Assembly (NCBI GenBank): GCA_963663165.1
Contig: OY760175.1
Coordinates: 448,001-512,000 of the forward strand
Origin: an uncultured Desulfospira sp.
GTDB taxonomy: Bacteria; Desulfobacterota; Desulfobacteria; Desulfobacterales; Desulfobacteraceae
Length of the DNA: 64,000 nt
Reading direction: 5' to 3'
A program made the position numbers and the translations under genes. Below are positions 55,526-64,000 of this stretch, one piece after another; position 1 is the stretch's first letter, and each line of letters begins with the position of its first letter. Below the pieces are notes generated by a model. It was not told where the DNA came from. It saw only the letters and a program-made list of their open reading frames with translations, and ran no database searches.

Positions 55526-56869
55526 TTAAACGGTCATGCCCAGTTTTTTAATCCTCCTGAACAGGGTGCTTTTATGAATGCCAAGATCCTTTGCTGCGGC
55601 ATTTTTGTTGTAATTGTTCCGGGTCAGGGCATCTAAAATGAGCTTGATCTGGGCTGATTTCACAGGATCTTTGGTCTGTTCTGAAGGACACACGGACTGC
55701 TGGGAAATAAACCCGGGCAGATGCTCTAATTTGATGGTTCCCTTGGTGCAAAGGACAAAGGCATGCTCAATAATGTTTTCAAGTTCACGGATATTGCCCG
55801 GAAAATCATGGGCCATAAACGTGGAAAGCACTTTCTGGTCAATTCCGCCAATATGCTTTCCCTGTCGCATGTTCATTTTGGAGATAAACCGGTCCACCAA
55901 AAGGGGGATATCCTCCATTCTTTCTTTTAAAGGGGGAAGGGTTAAACGGACCACATTGATCCGGTAATACAAGTCCTGGCGAAACCGTTTTTCTTCCATG
56001 AGCCGGGTCAGGTTTTTGTTGGTGGCGGCAATGATCCGGACATCGGTTCGTTCTTTGCTAAGCCCGCCTAAAGGGGTAAACTCCTGTTCCTGGAGAACCC
56101 GGAGCAGGCTGACCTGAAATGCCGGGCTGGTATCCCCGATCTCATCCAAGAAAATGGTTCCCCCGTCTGCTAAGGCAAACTGTCCGGGCTTATCCTTGAC
56201 TGCGTGGGTAAACGCCCCTTTTTTATATCCGAACAGCTCGGATTCCAGCAGGGTATCGGGCAGTGCCCCGCAGTTAATGGCGATAAAGGGTTTGTTTTTC
56301 CGGTGGCTGGTGTTGTGGATGGCCCGGGCCAAAAGCTCCTTTCCGGTGCCGGTTTCCCCCTCAATGATCACCGAAGAGTCGCTTTCTGACACCTGGGGCA
56401 GGATGGTGAAAATTTTTTTCATGGCACTGCTCTGGCTGATGATATCCCCTGCCTTGAAACTGCCGGACAGTTCCTTTCGAAGGGCTTCAACCAGGGTATG
56501 GTCCCGGAAGGTTTCCACGCCGCCGATGACCTCATCCTTTTCATCAATCAGGAGAGATGTGGAGGCGGTAATGGGAATTTTGTTTTTTTGGCTGTTAATG
56601 ATGTAGGCCGAGCTTGAAATAAACGGTTTGCCCTGTTCCATGGTTTTTTTCAAGGCACAGTCTTCTTCACACATATTGGACCGGAATACGTCCCAGCAGT
56701 GGCGGCCGATGGCCTCTTTTCTTGAAATGCCTGTGATTTCTTCAGCCGCCCGGTTAAACGAGGTAATTTCCCAGTTATAATTGATGGTGAACACCCCGTC
56801 TGAGATGGAATCGAGAATGACCTGGGTGGTGTCCCGGGTCAGGGGGCTGAAAGGTTGGTTATCGCTCAT
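55526..56869 (-). CDS. Sigma54-dependent activator (PAS-AAA+-HTH), OrpR-like with CX8CX3C
   Basis: CWDVFRSNMCEEDC; GETGTGKE; GAFTHA; FPGNIREL. Confidence 0.93.
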   Translation of the reverse strand: MSDNQPFSPLTRDTTQVILDSISDGVFTINYNWEITSFNRAAEEITGISRKEAIGRHCWDVFRSNMCEEDCALKKTMEQGKPFISSSAYIINSQKNKIPITASTSLLIDEKDEVIGGVETFRDHTLVEALRKELSGSFKAGDIISQSSAMKKIFTILPQVSESDSSVIIEGETGTGKELLARAIHNTSHRKNKPFIAINCGALPDTLLESELFGYKKGAFTHAVKDKPGQFALADGGTIFLDEIGDTSPAFQVSLLRVLQEQEFTPLGGLSKERTDVRIIAATNKNLTRLMEEKRFRQDLYYRINVVRLTLPPLKERMEDIPLLVDRFISKMNMRQGKHIGGIDQKVLSTFMAHDFPGNIRELENIIEHAFVLCTKGTIKLEHLPGFISQQSVCPSEQTKDPVKSAQIKLILDALTRNNYNKNAAAKDLGIHKSTLFRRIKKLGMTV

Positions 56870-56984
56870 CTATGACATCTTTAACAAAGTTAACAATTAC
56901 CATGGGATTTATCAGAAAATTTGCAGAAATGCAATCCCGTAGCGTTTTTGCAATGGGGTAATCAGATAAACGGGTAAGTGAGCC

Positions 56985-57038
56985 AAAAAAACTTTAGGCT
57001 TGAAATGCCCTGGAGAAGGGATCCTCAAGCCTAAAGTT
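56985..57038 (-). terminator. Rho-independent terminator after the malic enzyme gene
   Basis: AACTTTAGGCTTGA...TCAAGCCTAAAGTT, with a U tract on the minus strand. Confidence 0.7.
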
Positions 57039-57083
57039 GAAACCTCAAATATTGTAAAGCTAATAGCTAATGGCTAACAGCTA

Positions 57084-58808
57084 TCAAAAATACACCGGAT
57101 TCCAGGCCATCTTATCAATCAGCGTGTTGAGTCTTTCCGGGTCATTTTCGTGTTTAAACTCGGAAAATGCGCAGTCGTTCTGTGTAACGCCGGCTTTGAT
57201 GGCTTCCTGCCCTACTTTTTTGGCCACATCCATGGACACTTCCCTGAGCTGGTCCAGGGGCGGGCACAGGATCCCGTCGGCAATATCCTGGTCACTGATA
57301 AATCCGGCCACCGCATGGGCTGCCGCTGAAAAGAATTCAGGCAGAACCTCTGTGGCGCCGGAAGCAACAATCCCTAACCCGACACCCGGGAATACGAAGG
57401 AGTTGTTCATCTGGCCGATCCGATAGGATTTGCCGTTATGTTCTACCGGGTCAAAGGGAGAGCCTGTGGCCACCAGGCCTTTGCCGTCAGTCCATTCATA
57501 AACATCCTTGGGCAGTGCTTCAGCCTTGGCGGTCGGATTGCTCAAGGGGAGAATCACGGGCCGGTCCGTATTCTGCCCAACGGCTTGAACGATGTCTTTG
57601 GTAAAGTATCCGGGCTGGCCGGAAGTGCCGATGAGGACCGTTACCTTTTCGTTTTTAATCAGATTTAAAAGGGTGTTGTCTTCAGGGGCCGTTAACCAGG
57701 AAAGGGTCTTGGGATCCTTGGCAAATTTAATTTTATAGGGCTCAAGATCCCGGTCCGATGTGACCACACCCCTGGAATCTAAGGTAAAGATTTTCTGGGT
57801 GGCCTCTTGTTGTGTCATTCCCTGGACCATAAGTTCGGTCATGATCTGCTCGGCAATGCCGATGCCGCCGGCGCCGGCGCCGTGAACCACGTATACCTGA
57901 TCCGTCATTTTTTCTTTTTTAACCTTCATGGCGGCCAGAATGCCGGCAAGGGCGATAGACCCGGTCCCCTGGATATCGTCATTAAAAGAGATCACCTCTT
58001 TGACATATTTATCCCTGACGGTAAAGGCGGTTTGCTTGGAAAAATCTTCCCACTGGCACAGGGCTTTGGGAAAGACTTTTTTAAATGCCACCACAAATTT
58101 TTCAACAAAGGCGTCGTATTCCGCCCCTTTGATCCTTTTTTGACGCCAGCCCAGGTAGCTGGGGTCTTCAAGCAGGTCCTGGTTGTCAGTTCCCACGTCC
58201 AGGGAGATGGGCAGACAATGCCATGGGGCAATGCCGGCACCCTGGGTATAGAGCATCAGTTTTCCAAGGCAGATGGGAATGCCGCCGGCGCCCTGGTCAC
58301 CAATGCCGAGAATTCCCTGGTTGTCCGTGACCACAGCTACCCGGATGTCTTTGTCTGAATAATTCCTAAGGATCTGTTCGGCCTGGTCAATATTGCCCGG
58401 ATAAAAGTGGATCCCGTTGGCCCGCCTGAACATGGCGGAATACTGCTGGCAGGCCAGCCCTACAGTGGGGGTATAGATAATGGGAAGGAACCTGATCACG
58501 TCGCTTGCCACCACGGCATGGGCCAGAACCACATTCCGGTCATACAGGCTTCGGATATAGATGTACCGTTCGATATCGTTTTCTTTTTTTCCAATAATGG
58601 AAAGGCTGGAGGTCACCTGATCCTCCAGGGTTTTGAACCTGGGGGGCAAGAACCCCTTCAGGTCAAGAGCCTGCCGCTCTTCTTCCGTAAATGCCGTACC
58701 TTTGCTGATATTATTGAACCTCAGGATATCCGCCCCTCTCAGGTTGATGGTTACCCCTGTGGTTTCGCCAAATTGCCCATACTCAAACTTGTAATGATTG
58801 CATTCCAT
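57084..58808 (-). CDS. maeA: NAD-dependent malic enzyme
   Basis: NISKGTAFT, YTPTVG, ILGIGDQG, FNDDIQGTG, GAGAGG and LSNPT motifs. Confidence 0.93.
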   Translation of the reverse strand: MECNHYKFEYGQFGETTGVTINLRGADILRFNNISKGTAFTEEERQALDLKGFLPPRFKTLEDQVTSSLSIIGKKENDIERYIYIRSLYDRNVVLAHAVVASDVIRFLPIIYTPTVGLACQQYSAMFRRANGIHFYPGNIDQAEQILRNYSDKDIRVAVVTDNQGILGIGDQGAGGIPICLGKLMLYTQGAGIAPWHCLPISLDVGTDNQDLLEDPSYLGWRQKRIKGAEYDAFVEKFVVAFKKVFPKALCQWEDFSKQTAFTVRDKYVKEVISFNDDIQGTGSIALAGILAAMKVKKEKMTDQVYVVHGAGAGGIGIAEQIMTELMVQGMTQQEATQKIFTLDSRGVVTSDRDLEPYKIKFAKDPKTLSWLTAPEDNTLLNLIKNEKVTVLIGTSGQPGYFTKDIVQAVGQNTDRPVILPLSNPTAKAEALPKDVYEWTDGKGLVATGSPFDPVEHNGKSYRIGQMNNSFVFPGVGLGIVASGATEVLPEFFSAAAHAVAGFISDQDIADGILCPPLDQLREVSMDVAKKVGQEAIKAGVTQNDCAFSEFKHENDPERLNTLIDKMAWNPVYF

Positions 58809-59049
58809 TTTTCGGATATTTCCCCATATAAAAAGGTTAAAAACGTAAAGGATTTATATAATATTTTAAAAACAGGATCAATCAAATATTTCATGTTATA
58901 TTTCATGAAATGTGGTGTATCTTTTAGAATATGAATATTATGGCAGAAAATAATTAAAAAATATTGCAAAAAATCAATTTGGCAGCGTGAAGTACCTAAA
59001 AATTGCAGATGGGGGTAAGGGAAGAGGGCTCTTTGGAGAATGAAAAATA

Positions 59050-59079
59050 AAGGCCGGGGGCATGTGACCCCGGCCTTAT
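59050..59079 (-). terminator. Hairpin terminator after aconitase
   Basis: AAGGCCGGGG...CCCCGGCCTT, with an A-rich flank on the plus strand. Confidence 0.7.
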
Positions 59080-59094
59080 GAGGGGTACTTAATT

Positions 59095-61770
59095 TTATCC
59101 AGTGATCATCTTCCTTAAAACATAGTGAAGGATTCCCTGGTGCCGGATATAGTCAACCTCAATGTCGGTGTTGAGTTTGGCCAAAACTTCAAAGGTGACG
59201 GTCCGGCCGTTTTCTGTTGCCTCAACCTTAAGTATGCTGTTGGGCCGGATGGCGTCAAGATCCTTGATGGTAAAGGTTTCATTTCCTTTCAGTCCCAAAG
59301 ATTCAAAGGATTCGCCGTCTTTAAAAACCAGGGGTACCACCCCCATGCCCACCAGGTTGGACCGGTGAATCCGCTCAAAGGACTGGGCAATAACCGCCCG
59401 GATGCCTAACAGAATGGTCCCTTTGGCCGCCCAATCCCGGGATGAGCCGGTGCCGTATTCTTTTCCGCCAAATACAATGAGCGCTGTATTCTGGTCCTTG
59501 TATTTTTGGGCCGCATCAAACACATGAAGGGTTTCTTTTTCAGGAAATTTAAGGGTAACCCCGCCGGTTTGATCCACCAGAAGATTTTTAATTCTGATGT
59601 TGGCAAAGGTGCCCCGCATCATGACCTCGTGATTTCCCCGCCTTGAACCGTAGGAGTTAAAATCAAAGGGGAGAACCCCGGTTTCTTTTAAATACTTTCC
59701 GGCAGGGGTGTCCACGGGGATGGCACCGGCCGGTGAAATATGGTCCGTGGTGACCGAATCGCCGAGGATCAGGAGAGGCCGGGCATCATGAATGTCCTTT
59801 ATGGGGCCGGCGGTCAAAGAGAAGTTTTCAAAAAAGGGCGGGTTCCGGATATAAGTGGAATCCGGGTCAAAATCAAATGTGGTGGCCTTGGAAACCTCAA
59901 GCTCCTGCCAGAGCCGGTCGCCTTTAAAGATATGTTCATATTGGTTTTTATAGAAGTCGGCCTTTACATGACGTTCCACAAACTCGTTGATTTCTGCGGC
60001 AGCCGGCCAGATATCCTTCATGAAAACCGGCGCACCGTCCTTGCCGGTGCCAAGGGGTTCGGTGTCAAGGTCAATGTTGATTCTGCCGGCCAGGGCATAG
60101 ACCACCACCAGGATGGGGGACATCAGGAAATTGCCTTTAACGGCCTGATGAATCCTGGCTTCAAAATTCCGGTTCCCGGACAATACCGAGGTCACATCCA
60201 GGTGGTGGGTTTTAATGGCTTCCTCAATAAAGGGATCCAAAGGCCCGCTGTTGCCGATACAGGTCATGCAGCCAAACCCGGTGTTGTTAAACCCCAGGGC
60301 TTCAAATTCATCGATCAGCCCGCATGCGTTGAGGTAGTCCATGACCACACGGGAACCCGGGGAAAGGGACGTTTTCACAAACCATGGAATGGACAGGCCC
60401 TTTTCAACGGCCTTTTTTGCGGCAAGACCGGCACCAATCATGGTGTAGGGGTTTGAGGTGTTGGTGCAGGAGGTGATGGCGGCGATAACGACACTGCCGT
60501 TGGTCAGGGCTGGCTCATGGCTTGATGTTCCCTGTTCAGCATTTTGGGGCAGAATCTGTATGTCCTGGCGGTTGTCCAGGTCATACAAGGTTGTGATTTT
60601 TTCTTTGACCTTTGTTAAAACAATCCGGTCCTGGGGGCGGCTGGGCCCGGACAAACAGGGTTCGATGGCCCCAAGATCCACATCAATGGTTTTTGAAAAA
60701 ACAAGGTCCCGGTCATGGGTGTTGAAAAAACCACAGGCCTTGCAATAGGCCGACACCCGGTCCGCTGTCTTTTCCCGGTTGGTCCGGTTCAAAAAATCCA
60801 GGGTCTGGTCATCCACCGGGAAAAATCCCGATGTGGCCCCGTATTCAGGGGACATGTTGGAAATGGTGGCCCGGTCGGTCAGGGTGAGGTTTTTTACGCC
60901 GGGACCGGTATATTCAACAATTTTTTCCACCACGTTCTCCTGCCGTAACCGCTGGGTCACAAAAAGGGCAATGTCTGTTGCGGTAACCTGGGCTGAAGGG
61001 GTTCCGGTAAAATGAACCCCGACAATTTCAGGCAGGTTCATATAATAGGGCTTGCCCAGCATTACGGCTTCGGCTTCGATTCCGCCGACCCCCCAGCCCA
61101 GAACGCCCAGGGCATTGATCATGGTGGTGTGGGAGTCGGTTCCCACCAGGGTATCGGGAAAGGCGGTCAGCCCCTCTTTTGTTTGTTTCGTGGCAATCAC
61201 CGGCGCCAGGTACTCCAGGTTAACCTGATGGCAGATGCCCGATTCCGGCGGAACAACCCTGAAATTGTCAAAATTTTCCTGGGCCCATTTTAAGAGTTTA
61301 TACCGTTCCTTATTTCTTTCGTATTCTTTCTGGGCATTGAGGAAAAATGCGTTTTTCTCTTTGAAATGGTCCACCTGGATGGAATGGTCAATCACCAGGT
61401 CAACGGGGACCAGGGGATTGATCTTTTCAGGATCAAGCCCGGCCTTATGGACCGCATCCCGCATGGCGGCAAAATCAACCACTGCCGGAACCCCGGTAAA
61501 GTCCTGCATCAGGACCCGGCCGGGATAAAAGGGAATCAGTTCCTGGGATTGGGACCGTGACAGGTAAAACCCGCAGGCATTGTAAATGTCTTCCCACGAA
61601 ATTTTTGATGCATCCATATTCCGGACCAGGTTTTCAATGATCACCCGGGCGGAAAAAGGCAGGGAGCAAATGTCAGGGAAAAAAGAATTTTCAAGCAGTT
61701 TGAGGTTGTAAATAGTGCAGGATTGGTTCTGAAAAGAAATTTCCTGCCGGATACTGGGAATTTGGTTCAT
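59095..61770 (-). CDS. acnA: Aconitate hydratase A
   Basis: QDFTGVP, DSHTT, AITSCTNTSN, GCMTCIGN, SGNRNFE and GSSRDWAAKG motifs. Confidence 0.97.
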   Translation of the reverse strand: MNQIPSIRQEISFQNQSCTIYNLKLLENSFFPDICSLPFSARVIIENLVRNMDASKISWEDIYNACGFYLSRSQSQELIPFYPGRVLMQDFTGVPAVVDFAAMRDAVHKAGLDPEKINPLVPVDLVIDHSIQVDHFKEKNAFFLNAQKEYERNKERYKLLKWAQENFDNFRVVPPESGICHQVNLEYLAPVIATKQTKEGLTAFPDTLVGTDSHTTMINALGVLGWGVGGIEAEAVMLGKPYYMNLPEIVGVHFTGTPSAQVTATDIALFVTQRLRQENVVEKIVEYTGPGVKNLTLTDRATISNMSPEYGATSGFFPVDDQTLDFLNRTNREKTADRVSAYCKACGFFNTHDRDLVFSKTIDVDLGAIEPCLSGPSRPQDRIVLTKVKEKITTLYDLDNRQDIQILPQNAEQGTSSHEPALTNGSVVIAAITSCTNTSNPYTMIGAGLAAKKAVEKGLSIPWFVKTSLSPGSRVVMDYLNACGLIDEFEALGFNNTGFGCMTCIGNSGPLDPFIEEAIKTHHLDVTSVLSGNRNFEARIHQAVKGNFLMSPILVVVYALAGRINIDLDTEPLGTGKDGAPVFMKDIWPAAAEINEFVERHVKADFYKNQYEHIFKGDRLWQELEVSKATTFDFDPDSTYIRNPPFFENFSLTAGPIKDIHDARPLLILGDSVTTDHISPAGAIPVDTPAGKYLKETGVLPFDFNSYGSRRGNHEVMMRGTFANIRIKNLLVDQTGGVTLKFPEKETLHVFDAAQKYKDQNTALIVFGGKEYGTGSSRDWAAKGTILLGIRAVIAQSFERIHRSNLVGMGVVPLVFKDGESFESLGLKGNETFTIKDLDAIRPNSILKVEATENGRTVTFEVLAKLNTDIEVDYIRHQGILHYVLRKMITG

Positions 61771-61785
61771 TTCTTAGCTCTCATT

Positions 61786-61857
61786 TTAGCGGTTAGCAAT
61801 TAGCTGTTAGCCATGGCTTTAAGAGCTAAAGGCTAACAGCTAAAGGCTGACAGCTTA
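61786..61857. repeat. Inverted CTAA-heptamer repeat
   Basis: TTAGCGGTTAGCAATTAGCTGTTAGCC / GCTAAAGGCTAACAGCTAAAGGCTGACAGC. Confidence 0.75.
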
Positions 61858-63564
61858 CTATTGGTTCTCTTGAGCCCTTAAGTCCTTTCTTAAAATTTTC
61901 CCCACGTTGGACTTGGGCAGCTCGCTTCTGAATTCCACCTGGGTGGGCAACTTGTATTTGGCAAGCTTGGTGGCGCAATAGTCAATGACTTCCTGCTCTG
62001 TCATTTTCTGACCTTCTTTTAAGATGACAAAGGCCTTGACCGCTTCCCCGCGTTTGGGGTGGGGGATGCCGATGGCGCAGGCTTCTACAATTTTGGGATG
62101 TTCAAACAACACTTCGTCAATATCCCTTGGATAGACATTGTATCCGCCGGAAATGATCATGTCCTTGATCCGGTCCACAATATAAAAGTAGCCGTCCTCA
62201 TCCATTTTGGCCACATCGCCGGTGTGGAGAAATCCTTCTTCGTTAATGGTCTTGGCTGTTTCATCCGGCCGGTTCAAATACCCTTTCATGACCTGGGGCC
62301 CTTTGATCAGCAGTTCTCCGGATTCCCCGACAGGGACTTCTTTGGTGGGATCTTCAATATCGACAACCTTGCATTCGGTATTTGGCAGGGGAACCCCGAT
62401 GGACCCGACTTTCCGGTTGCCCTGGAATGGATTGACATGGGTTACCGGGGTGGTTTCGGTCAGGCCGTATCCTTCAACAATAATGGAGCCGGTTTTTTCC
62501 TGGAAGTTGTTGATCACTTCCAGAGGCAGGGGGGCAGACCCTGAGAAACAGCCCTTGATGCTGGTCAGATCCGTATTGGCAAGGTCAGGGTGTTCCAGTA
62601 TGCCGATATACATGGTGGGAACCAGGGGAGCAAAGGTGGGCCTGAATTTGCCAATGGCCTCAAGCAGGGGTTCGGGCTGGGGTTTGGGTACCAGGACATT
62701 GGCCCAGGCCATGCGCACGGCAAAGTTCATGGAGGTGGACATGCCGAATACATGGAAAAAGGGAAGGGCGCCCAGCATGATTTCCTTTCCTTCATCAAAT
62801 GCCGGGAACCAGGCCTGGAGCTGCTGAATCTGGGAGGCGATATTTCTATGGGTGAGCATCACCCCTTTGGACACCCCGGTGGTGCCGCCGGTGTATTGGT
62901 ACATGGCGGTATCATCCAGGCTGATATCGGCCATATCATAGTCCGGCGGGTTTGAACTGATAACGTCTTTGAATTTGTAAAGGTCTTTGGCCGGGGAAAC
63001 CGTGCAGGCCAGGTTCTTTTTTTTGGCCACCAGGGGAAACAACAGCCGTTTGACAAAGGGAAGATAGTCGCCAATGGACGTGTAAACAATGGTTTTAATG
63101 TTGGTTTTTTCCCTGAGCTTGACCATGCGGGCCGCTAAAAGATCAAGGGTAATCAAGAATTTTGAGTTGGAATCTGTAAACTGATGTTCAAGTTCCCGGT
63201 CAGAGTACAGGGGATTGTTGAACACCACAATACCCCCGATTCTCAAAATGGCATAGTAGGCCACCACACAGGGGATAAGGTTGGGCAAAAGGATGGCCAC
63301 GCTGTCCCCTTTTTTTACCCCAAATCCTTTAAGCGCTGCACTAAATCTTGCCACCATTTCGTTGAGTTCCCGGTAGGTTACCGAATACCCTTGAAATATC
63401 AATGCGGTGTGATCAGGGAAATTTTTCGCTGAATTCGCAAGGTACTCGGGGACCAGGGTGTCATTAAATTCAATGTGTTCCGCAATTCCGGCTTCATAGG
63501 AATTAAGCCAGATTTTTTTCGAATAAATGCTTTGCTCAGACAAGATCCTCTCCTTTTTTCTCAT
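61858..63564 (-). CDS. Long-chain fatty acid--CoA ligase
   Basis: YTGGTTGVSKG, EGYGLTE, TGD, DRIKDMI and PKSNVGK motifs. The start may be the TTG at 63543. Confidence 0.93.
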   Translation of the reverse strand: MRKKERILSEQSIYSKKIWLNSYEAGIAEHIEFNDTLVPEYLANSAKNFPDHTALIFQGYSVTYRELNEMVARFSAALKGFGVKKGDSVAILLPNLIPCVVAYYAILRIGGIVVFNNPLYSDRELEHQFTDSNSKFLITLDLLAARMVKLREKTNIKTIVYTSIGDYLPFVKRLLFPLVAKKKNLACTVSPAKDLYKFKDVISSNPPDYDMADISLDDTAMYQYTGGTTGVSKGVMLTHRNIASQIQQLQAWFPAFDEGKEIMLGALPFFHVFGMSTSMNFAVRMAWANVLVPKPQPEPLLEAIGKFRPTFAPLVPTMYIGILEHPDLANTDLTSIKGCFSGSAPLPLEVINNFQEKTGSIIVEGYGLTETTPVTHVNPFQGNRKVGSIGVPLPNTECKVVDIEDPTKEVPVGESGELLIKGPQVMKGYLNRPDETAKTINEEGFLHTGDVAKMDEDGYFYIVDRIKDMIISGGYNVYPRDIDEVLFEHPKIVEACAIGIPHPKRGEAVKAFVILKEGQKMTEQEVIDYCATKLAKYKLPTQVEFRSELPKSNVGKILRKDLRAQENQ

Positions 63565-63687
63565 GGGGTTAAAGGCCGTTTTAAATTTTCAGGGTCGCAT
63601 CAGCAAACTCAAAAAATTGTAAAGGTGTACTATGGTCTTTGATAAAGAGAAAAACGATGTTCTGTCAAGGAAAAAACCGTTTCATCG

Positions 63688-64000
63688 TTAATCAAGAAGG
63701 GAATTTCTTCTCTTTTTTCCCAGGGAAACACTGTGGCCCAAGATCCATCCTAACAGCAGAACCCCGACCCCTGCCAAGAACCATTTGATCATGCCGGTAC
63801 GGAACAGGTAGCTGGTTTGATCCTCTAGACCCTGGATTTCCTTGGCCAGTGTTACATTTTCTCTTTTTAGTCTCTTGTTTGAACTTACAATTTCCTTTAT
63901 ATTATCAGAATCGTTTAACAGGGTCTGGTATTTTTCTGTGGCCTGGGCGGAAGCCGTTTCCAAGGCGTTTATTTTTTCGTTGGCATTGTTAAGCTCAAGC
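63688..64000 (-). CDS. C-terminal part of a coiled-coil membrane-anchored protein, probably SH3-domain (YgiM/TIGR04211-like); truncated by the window end
   Basis: Coiled coil followed by KWFLAGVGVLLLGWILG and a basic tail (KKRR). Confidence 0.65.
   Translation of the reverse strand, partial: LELNNANEKINALETASAQATEKYQTLLNDSDNIKEIVSSNKRLKRENVTLAKEIQGLEDQTSYLFRTGMIKWFLAGVGVLLLGWILGHSVSLGKKRRNSLLD

Overview
This is a chromosomal window of roughly 50% GC. Gene content and repeat families suggest a sulfate-reducing deltaproteobacterium of the Desulfobacteraceae type (inference). In order it contains: (1) 0.2-12.7 kb, an Mrp/Mnh-type cation/H+ antiporter cluster (E-F-G-B'-B-C-D-D, two small membrane ORFs, a third D-like subunit) followed by two stand-alone cNMP-fold genes, an orphan gene with an RGS-like pattern, and an inverted paralogous copy of the last three antiporter genes preceded by a highly structured ~400-nt leader; (2) a stand-alone 2.6k-aa Pfa-like iterative type I PKS/FAS (KS-AT-ACP-ACP-KR-DH-FabA-FabA); (3) NlpC/P60, flagellar-rod-domain, isochorismatase and SprA-related genes; (4) housekeeping genes hisB, dnaG, rpoD, tRNA(CAT), nif3, a zinc-ribbon gene and rnpB, then an HPr fusion and ispD; (5) a prkA-yeaH-spoVR-prkA cluster; (6) a redox/Fe-S region with cydAB, two PAS(CX8CX3C) sigma54 activators, ferredoxin, cysE/cysK and a NifX-family gene; (7) malic enzyme, aconitase A and an acyl-CoA ligase. 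I saw no CRISPR array, rRNA, integrase or transposase. All calls come from reading motifs by eye, and no searches were run.
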